Assembly: GCA_034722055.1 (NCBI GenBank)
Contig: JAYENL010000193.1
Coordinates: 1 to 30,105 of the forward strand
Direction: 5' to 3'
Origin: Armatimonadota bacterium
GTDB taxonomy: Bacteria > Armatimonadota > Zipacnadia > Zipacnadales > UBA5352
DNA: 30,105 nt
The stretch's first letter is position 1; the number at the start of each line of letters is the position of its first letter. The translations under genes were made by a program, and so were the position numbers. Below, one piece after another: positions 17,401-24,804 of this stretch. Under the pieces are notes generated by a model. It searched no databases. It was not told the DNA's origin and saw only the letters and a program-made list of their open reading frames with translations.

Positions 17401-18508
17401 CGCCCATCTCGTCGGCGGTGTCGTACCAGATCTGCCGCCACGGCTGGGTGTGGGTGCGGAAGATGATACAGTTGCAGTCGCGAATGCCCTGCATCTGCTC
17501 CTCAATCTCCGCCTTCGACAGTGGCGTTCGCGACGGCCACCATGACGTTGCGCGCAGGTTCACGCGGACGCCGTTGAGGTAGTAGTGCGGGCCCTCGATC
17601 CAGAACTCGCGGAAGCCAAAGCGCGTGCGGAGCTCGTCGAGCGTCTCATCGCCGCTGACCAGCCGCGTGCGCAGATAATACAGGTAGGGGTCCTCATGCG
17701 ACCAGTAGCGAGCGTCCGCCCAGGGCGCCTCGAGCGTCACGTCCATCATCTCCCCCGCGCCCAGGACCGTCTGCTGCTCCGGGAGGCGCAGCGCGACCTC
17801 GTCCCCGTCCTCCACCTCCGCCTGCAGCGCCACGTCCACCCCGGCGACGGTCGCGTTCACCAGCGTAAGGTCAACCCGCAGGCTCTGGTTGCGGACGGAG
17901 GGTCTGACGAAGACCTCGCCGACCCACACCTGCGGGTGTGAGCGTAACGAGACGTCATCCCAGGGGCCGAACAGCTCGTTGTGCCCGCCGATGGGCGCCA
18001 GGATCTTGTCGGTGGGCAGCGAGCGGGAGCGCACCGGCCGCTCGCGCATCACCGAGAAGTCGGTCTCCCGGTCGATGAACACGCCGGTCCAGTCATGGCA
18101 GCCCAGCTCCAGCAGGTTGGTCTCGCCCACCCGCGCGGCGTCGGTGATGTCCACGTCGAAGGCCTCGTAGCCGCCGAAGTGACCGCCCACCGTCTCTCCG
18201 TTGACCCGGACGGTGGAGTTGAACTTCACGCCGCCGAAGTGCACCACGAGGCGCTGGCCGGCCATGGCCTCGGGGATCTCGAACTCGCGCCGGAACCAGG
18301 CGCGCTGATAGTCAACGCCGCGCAGCATCCCCGGCACCTCGAACGGCTGCCAGCCCTCCCGCGGGGGCTCATCCAGCTCCGCCACGCGCACGTACTCCCA
18401 CTGTCCGTTCAGGTCGATCTCCCGCCGGGACTGCGCCTTCGCCTGGCCCCGCGCTCCCGTCCCGACCCCCATCATCGCCGCCGCCATCAGCAGTGCCACC
18501 AGACGCAT
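14405..18508 (-). CDS. Secreted glycoside hydrolase family 2 protein with two C-terminal CBM60-like modules
   Basis: Signal-like N-terminus; GH2 motifs IDLNGQW, AWFRREF, HFGGV, WSHEDPYLY, RFGFREF, RNNPSVVMYSLENE (acid/base), KPLYIGEY (nucleophile). Two modules ending FTNDLY...DRNLHV and FINDL...DRNLMID. GGAGG RBS. Confidence 0.88.
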   Translation of the reverse strand: MRLVALLMAAAMMGVGTGARGQAKAQSRREIDLNGQWEYVRVAELDEPPREGWQPFEVPGMLRGVDYQRAWFRREFEIPEAMAGQRLVVHFGGVKFNSTVRVNGETVGGHFGGYEAFDVDITDAARVGETNLLELGCHDWTGVFIDRETDFSVMRERPVRSRSLPTDKILAPIGGHNELFGPWDDVSLRSHPQVWVGEVFVRPSVRNQSLRVDLTLVNATVAGVDVALQAEVEDGDEVALRLPEQQTVLGAGEMMDVTLEAPWADARYWSHEDPYLYYLRTRLVSGDETLDELRTRFGFREFWIEGPHYYLNGVRVNLRATSWWPSRTPLSKAEIEEQMQGIRDCNCIIFRTHTQPWRQIWYDTADEMGVMMVPEGAIWNDDTVYRIYDERFWDNYAEHLRAMAKRSRNNPSVVMYSLENEMYGPRMNEESPARHDLARMGELLRRWDPTRPIYYESEGDPLGVADAIGIHYPHEYPEHTKWPNTAYWMDGLKDIGHMFDGEDWVWTREKPLYIGEYLWIPSSDPSWHTVFFGDEAYLDYRGYALRAKAQSWRMATQAYRYYEVGAMSPWTVNSSGVLQGAENPLFAAQKWAMEPLAAYLREYDHSFYSGEEVGRTADVYNDVLEESDLTVRWSLDSGNATHDAGEQELRGMQPGERREMEFALAMPEVTERMEATLSIVVEKAGREAFRDERQCSIFPRLSLRTPAGAAVGVYDPPGTTADKLAAAGLEFERVVDLADADCDVLVIGAGAWKPEEDAVPVIGGASAQAALTEFVRGGGRALVVEQTYYPAGAVPVQLTDHTSTMTFPQMPDHPVLAGIRPPDLKWWRTDHVVTAPEPEQPHRGAFRAIVVSGSRAGIAHAPMLELPQGRGTMLLCQMRLAERLGVEPAAGLLLQNAIDYLAGFEPTVQRTALFCPDPQVRRYLRGIGLDPMDITNDPAAADWGRIDLLIACSPLAGLREARAEIGRLVGRGGTLLLHGVTPQEFEAMLPEAGLELTPYEGPATRVPDAHPLSACFANEDLYWLGEARAAYSWATKPLSDEMTDFVFAKSLEGREVTKYSYEQMQVEGAVAERREDSVHLSSGGSSASVTIDAPEDGEYIIGVVAGGTQAEGTWPAGAILVDGERFGQFACQQGEFDTYTTFGRLAAGEHVVTVRFTNDLYRPPDEDRNLHVQSILLARDEPRPGVTFLTSPPAVAVLEAEPGRVVVDEIDWAGTERNTRKAARYICGLLTGLGAQFSAGAGTVIEAETLEHDPEMSWYRADRGHAYLGDEGYIEGPVRCQQAGRYVLRIVASGTPAEGEFPVIALSVDGRKVGQVELEGEGWLAYPMAVSLTEGQHTLRLSFINDLHAPPEDRNLMIDRIEVLEAD

Positions 18509-18719
18509 ACGCCACCTCCGACGCCGGTTGTTCGACCATTTCCCACGCCCGACTGCCGTGCTACTTCCCTATCAGCGCTCGTGGTCCCTTGTGGTTCGTG
18601 GCACGGGCCTCATCCGCTGCCGCCGGCACCAACGGTTGTCGGTGGAAGGGAGCCGCCCCGGTCGCCGCGAAGTCTGGCGCCGTCGATCCGGGCTCATCCG
18701 CCGCGACGGGAGGGGCATC

Positions 18720-20570
18720 ATGAGCCGCCATCTGCGCGTCATGCTCACATGCTCATGCCTCATCTGCCAGGCCCTGTCATCCGCCATGGCCGCCAAGGGC
18801 GACGCCCTCTACGGGGCCTGGTACGCTCCCGACGAGATCGACTACGCGGGCACCATCCACGCGCACGTCAGCAATCCCACCGATGCCCCGCTGGTAGTCA
18901 ACGACGTGCTGCTGGACGGCCAGAGCGTGGGAGAGGTCTGGCTCACCGATGAGAGCTTCGTGCAGCCGGATGTCAGGGACGGATACATCGAGGTCGCGAA
19001 CGAGGAGGTGGCCTGGTACGGGGTCTACCCCAACCCCATCCCGCCGGGGCGGATCGGCGAGATCATCGTGCGCCTGGTGCCCGAGGCATGCGCGGCCGCC
19101 TCGCGGCAACTGACGATCGCGCTGGAGGGCCGCGACCCGGTGAGCGCGAGCATTCCGCTCACCGAGTCGGCCTTCGCGCTGGAGTACGTGGGCGTCGGCC
19201 CGGCGCTGGATGAGCTGCACGTCTACTGCCGCTCTCGCCCTGAGACGGGGATCGAGCCCGAGGCGGTCGAGGTGGACGGCCGGACCCCGCCGGCGGAGGT
19301 CACTAACGCGCTCTCCGGCCTCAGGTACGCCCGGGTGAGGCTGCCGCGCTCGTGGCGGAAGGGGAGCTTTCACACCGTGGCGGTCACTGCCGGCGGCGAG
19401 CGCCGGGCGGTGCTGCTCAGAGCCCTGCCGACCCCACCACCGCTCGCCATCATGGGCAACCTCAGCGAGAGCGAGGCGCGGCAGTACGCCAACCACCTCT
19501 TCGACGTGCACATCGCCTTCGTGCCGCCGCGACCGAGCTTCTTCGAGCGGCTGAGCCCCAACGGCCTGCGTGGCACCTACATCAGCTACCGCAAGACGAA
19601 GCCCGACCAGGAGAAGTACGAGCCGGTCTACTACAACGACCCGAACGTCATCGCCCCGCTGGCCGAGGAGGAGGCTATCTGGGCGCATTTCCTGGAGGAC
19701 GAGCCGGACGGCCGCTACCACCGCACCAGCCTGCCGCACCTGTCCATCTGCCGCGATGTGGAGCGAGCCAATCAGGTCTGCCGCATCCTGGACCCGAACC
19801 ACCCCACCTACCTGCAGATGGACCACGGCGGCTTCCCGCGGAACATGTACATCTGGGGGCAGATCCCCGACTACCTGTGCACCCACGCCTATCCCTTCGG
19901 CCGCGACATCATCGGCAGGACCCGGGAGCACGTCCGGCACACCGCCGCGGCCAGCCGGCCCCGGCCCTTCATCTACCTGTGCGAGGGGTACTCCGAGAAT
20001 GCACAGCGGCAGTTCGTGCCCGACGAGATGCGCCTGGAGGTCTACACCGCACTGGCCTGTGGCGCGAAGTCGCTGCAGTGGTATCCGGCACACGGGGATC
20101 GGGGCCTGCTGGCGCATCCGAGGATGTGGAATGCGGTCGGCCGCATGAACGTGACGGTGCATCAGGTCCTGCCGCTGCTGTCCATGGGGACGCCGACGGG
20201 CCGGCCGCTGGTGGAGGGGGGCGACCTCCTGGCCCGTAGCATCCTCTGCGGCGAGCGGGCGCTGGCCGTCGCGCTCGTCAACCGCGATTACTCCTCCACG
20301 CCCGACGACTTCAGCCTCACGCCGGCTCGGGAGGTCTCGGTGCGAGTCCGCGTACCGCGCTTCATGCATGTGCGGGGCGCGGTGCTTGCGGCCTTCGACG
20401 GGCCGGTCGAGATCCCGGTGGAGGTGCGCCCGGCTACCGTCAGCTTCACGCTGCGTGACCTCGGAGCGGGCGGGATCGTGATCCTCTACGCCGACGGGAG
20501 CGTGCCGGCGCAGATGAGAGAGACCGCCGAGCGCGCCCGCGCCAGGTTCGAGCCCATGCCCGAGCAGTGA
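18720..20570 (+). CDS. Secreted hypothetical protein, possible clan GH-A-like TIM-barrel glycoside hydrolase
   Basis: ATG 18720 after GGGAGGGG; signal-like N-terminus; WAHFLEDEPD, DPNHPTY, DYLCTHAYP, PFIYLCEG, PDEMRLEVYTALACGAKSLQWY follow the usual GH-A barrel motif order. Family cannot be assigned. Confidence 0.6.
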   Translation: MSRHLRVMLTCSCLICQALSSAMAAKGDALYGAWYAPDEIDYAGTIHAHVSNPTDAPLVVNDVLLDGQSVGEVWLTDESFVQPDVRDGYIEVANEEVAWYGVYPNPIPPGRIGEIIVRLVPEACAAASRQLTIALEGRDPVSASIPLTESAFALEYVGVGPALDELHVYCRSRPETGIEPEAVEVDGRTPPAEVTNALSGLRYARVRLPRSWRKGSFHTVAVTAGGERRAVLLRALPTPPPLAIMGNLSESEARQYANHLFDVHIAFVPPRPSFFERLSPNGLRGTYISYRKTKPDQEKYEPVYYNDPNVIAPLAEEEAIWAHFLEDEPDGRYHRTSLPHLSICRDVERANQVCRILDPNHPTYLQMDHGGFPRNMYIWGQIPDYLCTHAYPFGRDIIGRTREHVRHTAAASRPRPFIYLCEGYSENAQRQFVPDEMRLEVYTALACGAKSLQWYPAHGDRGLLAHPRMWNAVGRMNVTVHQVLPLLSMGTPTGRPLVEGGDLLARSILCGERALAVALVNRDYSSTPDDFSLTPAREVSVRVRVPRFMHVRGAVLAAFDGPVEIPVEVRPATVSFTLRDLGAGGIVILYADGSVPAQMRETAERARARFEPMPEQ

Positions 20571-20716
20571 GCGCGGAGCACAACGGCGCCTGTTCGACGC
20601 TCGCCTCCTGCCGTCGTTGAAGCGCGACAGAGGTAGAGACGCCCGCGGATCAGAAGATGCGTCCCCGGACGACGGACGGCTTCCCAACGGCGCAGACCAG
20701 TGAAGGCAGGAGCTTC

Positions 20717-22651
20717 GTGACACCGCACACAAACGCTGAGCAGCAGAAGGCGCCGCTGTGGCGGGCGCTGGTCATCGGCCTGGTCTTTGCCCTGGGCGGC
20801 CTCTACTTCGGCATGTACGGCTACCAGATCGCCCAGGTGCTGCACTGGAGCACGACCTCGCTGCAGATGGGCAGCGTCCTGATTCTGTTCGTGGCGGTCC
20901 TGCTGTTCGCGCTGCTCCGCCGGCTGTGGCGAGCCTTTCGGCTCCAGACCTCGGAGCTTCTGATCATCTATATCATCTCCACCATCACCACGGCCGTCGG
21001 CTGCCACGGCATGTGGGGCCACCTGGTCCCCATGATGCCCGCCATCAGGTACTACGCCAGCCCCGAGAACGAGTGGCTGGAGCTGCTCGCCGATGTCCCA
21101 TCGTGGGTGACGGTGAACGACTACAGCGTCATCGAGCCGTTCTACGAGACCGGCGGCACCCTCTACAGCCTCGCCACGCTGAGGGCCTGGGCCACGCCCC
21201 TGGCCTTCTGGATCGTCTTCACCAGCCTCATGGTAGTGGGCACCTGGGCGCTGACGAAGCTGGTCTCCGAGCAGTGGGTGAGCCGGGAGCGGCTCACCTT
21301 CCCGCTGGCGCAGCTTCCCCTGGCGATGACCGGGGCGCGACTGGCCGGGGCCTTCTGGCGCAACCGGCTGATGTGGGCGGGCTTCGCCATCCCCATGGTG
21401 CTGCAGAGCTTCAACTTCATCAACTACCTCTACCCGCCGTTCCCCACCATGTGGCTGAAGGCCCGCCCCGCGGGCCAGAGCATCACGGCCATGCCATGGG
21501 TGGCGATGCGGCCGCTGTACATCGCCTTCTACCCCTTCGTTATCGGCCTCACCTACATGCTCTCCACCGAGACCGCCCTCAGTTGCTGGCTCTTCTACTG
21601 GGTCTCCAAGCTGGAGCACGTGGTGTGCGCGGCCCTGGGGCTGGGCAGAGGCGGCGGGGCCGGCATCACGCAGCTCCCCCTCGTCAATCAGCAGGGCACC
21701 GGTGCGCTTCTCACCCTGGCCGCCGCGGCCCTGCTGCTGGCGTGGCAGGGAGTCCGACGCTCCCCCACCTCAGATCGGCCCGAGGGCGTGCAGGTGGTGT
21801 CAAGCCACACCAGCCTGATCGTGCTGGGCGGGGCGCTGCTTGGTCTGGTGGGGCTGACGTCGGCGATGGGCCTGCCGGCGACGATCGGCGCCGCCTACTT
21901 CCTGCTGCGATGGCTGATGGGCCTGGCCTGGGCCCGGGTCTCGGCCGAGACCGGCTCCCCGTGGACCTTCAACCTCCAGGCGGGCATTGTCAACATGTTC
22001 GTCACCTTCACCGGCACCGGCGTCATCCCGCGCAGAGGCCTGCCCATGTTCGCCACCTTCAGCACCTTCGACAACTTCTCGGACTCCCGGGCGGTGCAAC
22101 TGATCGCCACCCACAAGTTTCGGGAGGAGGGCGAGATACCACGCTCCCACCTCCGCACCGCCGTGCTGGTGGGGATCGTGGCATCGATTGTCTGGGCGGC
22201 GTGGGTCCACCTGGACATCTACTACCGCCACGGCGCGGCCATGGCGGTGGTGCGCGGCTGGTACACCAGCAGCGGCGCCCGGCCCTGGCACCTCCTGGCC
22301 GGCTGGCTCATCCGGCCGGAGAGCGCCGACGTCTGGGAGATGGGCGGCTACATCTGGGGCGGCACCATGGCACTGGCGCTGCGAACGGCGCGGCTGAACG
22401 TTCCCTCGTGGCCCCTGCATCCCATCGGCTACGCGCTCGGGCATACCTCGGTCATGCGCTACATGTGGATGCCCTTCCTGATCGCCTGGCTGATCAAGGC
22501 CTCGGTTCTGCGATACGGGGGCTTCAAGCTCCACCAGAGGCTGACCCCGCTGTTCATGGGACTGATCCTCGGGGATGTGGTTGTGGCCGGCGTCTGGGGC
22601 GTCTACGGCGTCGCCACCAGCACCCGGATGTACATGCACTTCCCGCACTGA
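20717..22651 (+). CDS. Polytopic membrane protein, DUF6785/DUF6784-like (putative transporter)
   Basis: GTG 20717 after AGGAG; many hydrophobic segments; motifs QWVSRERLTFPLAQLP, WPLHPIGY, PFLIAWLIK...LRYGG...PLFMGLILGD recalled from this family. Confidence 0.75.
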   Translation: MTPHTNAEQQKAPLWRALVIGLVFALGGLYFGMYGYQIAQVLHWSTTSLQMGSVLILFVAVLLFALLRRLWRAFRLQTSELLIIYIISTITTAVGCHGMWGHLVPMMPAIRYYASPENEWLELLADVPSWVTVNDYSVIEPFYETGGTLYSLATLRAWATPLAFWIVFTSLMVVGTWALTKLVSEQWVSRERLTFPLAQLPLAMTGARLAGAFWRNRLMWAGFAIPMVLQSFNFINYLYPPFPTMWLKARPAGQSITAMPWVAMRPLYIAFYPFVIGLTYMLSTETALSCWLFYWVSKLEHVVCAALGLGRGGGAGITQLPLVNQQGTGALLTLAAAALLLAWQGVRRSPTSDRPEGVQVVSSHTSLIVLGGALLGLVGLTSAMGLPATIGAAYFLLRWLMGLAWARVSAETGSPWTFNLQAGIVNMFVTFTGTGVIPRRGLPMFATFSTFDNFSDSRAVQLIATHKFREEGEIPRSHLRTAVLVGIVASIVWAAWVHLDIYYRHGAAMAVVRGWYTSSGARPWHLLAGWLIRPESADVWEMGGYIWGGTMALALRTARLNVPSWPLHPIGYALGHTSVMRYMWMPFLIAWLIKASVLRYGGFKLHQRLTPLFMGLILGDVVVAGVWGVYGVATSTRMYMHFPH

Positions 22652-22656
22652 GGGAG

Positions 22657-22983
22657 CATGGGCCGGGGTGGAACCTGGGAGGTCGATCGCTACGCTCTCG
22701 ACCTCCCACCGCTCACTTCGCTCGCGGCGGCCCCTCCACGGAGGTCAGTCCTTGGCGACCGCAACTCCGCCCGCAGCCTCCGTGAGTTCGCGCTCCTGCC
22801 CCTTCATGCCCCCTACAGGCACTGCAACGCGCAAGCTGGCCCTGCCGATGCCTTGCTGCCACTTGCCATCGTTGGCTCGCGGCTCTGCGATCATGGCCTA
22901 CTATCCTGGAGGGGCCGCCGGGCGCGCAGCGCCCGGTGAGACCTGCGAGCACAGCGAGCAGGTCGAAGGTTCCACCCCGGCCC
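22657..22983. repeat. Repeat unit 1: arm A (22657-22739) + 167-nt core + inverted arm B (22907-22983)
   Basis: Terminal IR GGGCCGGGGTGGAACCT/AGGTTCCACCCCGGCCC; inner IR CGGCGGCCCCTCCA/TGGAGGGGCCGCCG; internal hairpins. Confidence 0.92.
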
Positions 22984-22989
22984 GCGCCG

Positions 22990-23505
22990 TCATCGCCCCG
23001 AAGGCCTGCGCCCAGCACCGCCGATCCTCAGGCGGTACTCGCAATGCGGCCAGTCATCCGGTGTGCGGCACAGCCCTCTGCGGACGGGATCGAGCATGAC
23101 GTACGAGATGGTACCCGCGACATCGTCGTCGCATCGCGCGTGACGATCATGGAAGCTCCGTTGCCATACCGGTGGTGATGGATAGCCTCGGCGAGCCAGT
23201 TGGCGTCCCGTCCACGTCTTGAAGCTGTGAATGAACGCGGCGATGTCGCCGCCCTCCGTGGTCACCCGCACAAAGACATGCAGGTGGTCGGGGAGCAGAC
23301 AATAGGCGATTATCTCGCATCCGTGCCTCTCGGCGCTTGCGTCGAGCGCCTCGACGATAAGCTGTGGCACGGGTCCACTTGTCAGGAATGCACGCCGCTT
23401 TGAGGTCCCCATGATGACGTGGCATGGCTGACCCGGTCGCCGGTAGTCCTCAGGGTCAAGTCGATGCGGGTGGGACCGTGATGAGGCGTCATCCTCGGGT
23501 GTCAT
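22990..23505 (-). CDS. REP-associated tyrosine transposase (RAYT/TnpA-REP; Y1 HUH, IS200-like fold)
   Basis: 171 aa from ATG 23505: RL...DY..PG..CHVIMGT..R, AYCLLPDHLH (HUH), FIHSFK, VWQRSFHDR, catalytic Tyr in SYVMLDPVRRGL, PDDWP. Confidence 0.88.
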   Translation of the reverse strand: MTPEDDASSRSHPHRLDPEDYRRPGQPCHVIMGTSKRRAFLTSGPVPQLIVEALDASAERHGCEIIAYCLLPDHLHVFVRVTTEGGDIAAFIHSFKTWTGRQLARRGYPSPPVWQRSFHDRHARCDDDVAGTISYVMLDPVRRGLCRTPDDWPHCEYRLRIGGAGRRPSGR

Positions 23506-23587
23506 TGCACACCATTGGGTGGAGTGTATCGGTGCCCCTCGATGAACGGCTGTGCGAAGGCCTGGATTCGTCAGGATGCTCAACGGT

Positions 23588-23921
23588 CATGGGCCGGGGT
23601 GGAACCTGGGAGGTCGATCGCTACGCTCTCGACCTCCCACCGCTCACTTCGCTCGCGGCGGCCCCTCCACAAAGGTCAGTATCCCTGGGCGATCACGGCT
23701 CCAGGCAGTAGCCTCCGTGAGTTCGCGCTTCTGCCCCTTCGTGCCTCCTACAGTCAGCGCGATGCGCAACTCGGCACTCCCGATGCCTCGCTGCCAGTCG
23801 TCTTGGTTGGCTCGTGGCCCTCCCATCATGCCCAACTGTCGTGGAGGGGCCGCCGGGCGCCCAGCGCCCGGTGAGACCTGCGAGCACAGCGAGCAGGTCG
23901 AAGGTTCCACCCCGGCCCATG
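23588..23921. repeat. Repeat unit 2: arm A' (23588-23670) + 171-nt core + inverted arm B' (23842-23918)
   Basis: Arm A' is identical to arm A (83/83); arm B' matches arm B at 76/77; 20-bp perfect terminal IR CATGGGCCGGGGTGGAACCT/AGGTTCCACCCCGGCCCATG. Confidence 0.92.
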
Positions 23922-23927
23922 TCATTT

Positions 23928-23958
23928 GAGGAATCCGGTTCGCTCGCGGCGGCCCCTC
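23928..23958. repeat. Truncated arm-A remnant
   Basis: 23939-23958 TTCGCTCGCGGCGGCCCCTC equals 22717-22736 (20/20); preceded by GAGGAATCCGG. Confidence 0.75.
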
Positions 23959-24040
23959 GTGCCCATACCCCGCGCTACGGAGCCGCGGTCGCCGGACACC
24001 CTAAGGCCTTTGCGCCGGGCGCAGCTCGACAAGGCGGCGG

Positions 24041-24781
24041 TCAGTCCATGTAGAAGATGCGGTCCGCGTTCTCGGCCAGCAGGCGCTGGTTATGCTCATC
24101 GCCGCCGGGCATGTTGGCGCTGACGAAGACCGGCGGGTCCACGCCGCGCTCCACCAGGTTGGCTACCACCTGCGCCACCACAGCGTTAACCACCGCGCAG
24201 CCCAGCACCGTTGACAGCGGCCCCACCGCCTGCTGGAAGCCCGGCACCTCCACCGCCGAGTCCCCCAGCGGCGCGCAGTTGTCGATGACCACGTCGCACA
24301 GCTCATACAGCTTCTGGCCGCTGGGATGGCGGCTGTCCACCTGCCGGGAGTACTCCAGGGAGGTGATGGCAATGGTGCTGATGCCGGACTCGCGTGCGGC
24401 CAGCGCCATGTCCACCGGTACCGGGTTGCGGCCCGAGGTGGAGGCGATGATCAGCACATCGCCCTCGGACGCCGGGCTGCCCTCCAGCAGCGTAGCCCCC
24501 AGGCCCTCCACGCGCTCGATCTGCGAGGTGAGCGTCATCGGCCGCACCGACAGATTCATGCCATGGGGGTAGATGGGATTCACCAGCATCAGCGTGCCCG
24601 TCCGGTAGACCGCCTCCTCGGTGAGCATGAACGAGTGACTGGTGCCGAACGAGAAGATCTTCCGGTCCTCCACCACCGCCTCCGTCAGCAGCTCGGCCGC
24701 CTCCTCGATGGCCGTGAGCTGCGTCTCCTGCAAGCGTCCGAGGCCCGCCTCCGCCTCCTGGAAGTATGCCTCTGCTGACAT
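24041..24781 (-). CDS. SIS-domain sugar isomerase-like protein (UPF0309-like)
   Basis: FSFGTSHS, EEAVYRTG, GDVLIIASTSGRNPVPVDMA, SRHPSGQKL, VIDNCAPLGD, PPVFVSANMPGGDEHN. Start set at ATG 24781. Confidence 0.88.
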   Translation of the reverse strand: MSAEAYFQEAEAGLGRLQETQLTAIEEAAELLTEAVVEDRKIFSFGTSHSFMLTEEAVYRTGTLMLVNPIYPHGMNLSVRPMTLTSQIERVEGLGATLLEGSPASEGDVLIIASTSGRNPVPVDMALAARESGISTIAITSLEYSRQVDSRHPSGQKLYELCDVVIDNCAPLGDSAVEVPGFQQAVGPLSTVLGCAVVNAVVAQVVANLVERGVDPPVFVSANMPGGDEHNQRLLAENADRIFYMD

Positions 24782-24804
24782 CCCTATCACCCGTCTGCGG
24801 CACG

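Larger units (their letters stand above)
22657..23958. mobile_element. REPtron-like locus: RAYT-type HUH transposase gene flanked by structured repeat units
   Basis: Transposase ORF lies between two ~330-bp direct-repeat units, followed by a truncated arm. Confidence 0.8.

Noticed and set aside
18600..18705. Imperfect direct repeat GGG(C)CTCATCCGC in the divergent GH2/GH-like intergenic region
   Set aside because: Two short GC-rich copies; could be chance, and no recognisable riboswitch or operator.
22835..22865. WQQGIG/WQRGIG in the core ORFs as a fragment of the IS200 TnpA WQxGYG motif
   Set aside because: Match is too short and the downstream catalytic Tyr helix is absent.
22658..23929. 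ORF-track peptides spanning the repeat arms (e.g. 22658-22939, 23424-23711, 23515-23874, 23552-23929)
   Set aside because: Their similarity comes from translating the repeated arms; no independent coding evidence.
22657..23958. CRISPR array or IS200/IS605 element with TnpB/omegaRNA
   Set aside because: Repeats are long inverted arms around homologous cores, not short repeats with unique spacers; no cas, tnpB or iscB; the transposase has RAYT-type motifs.
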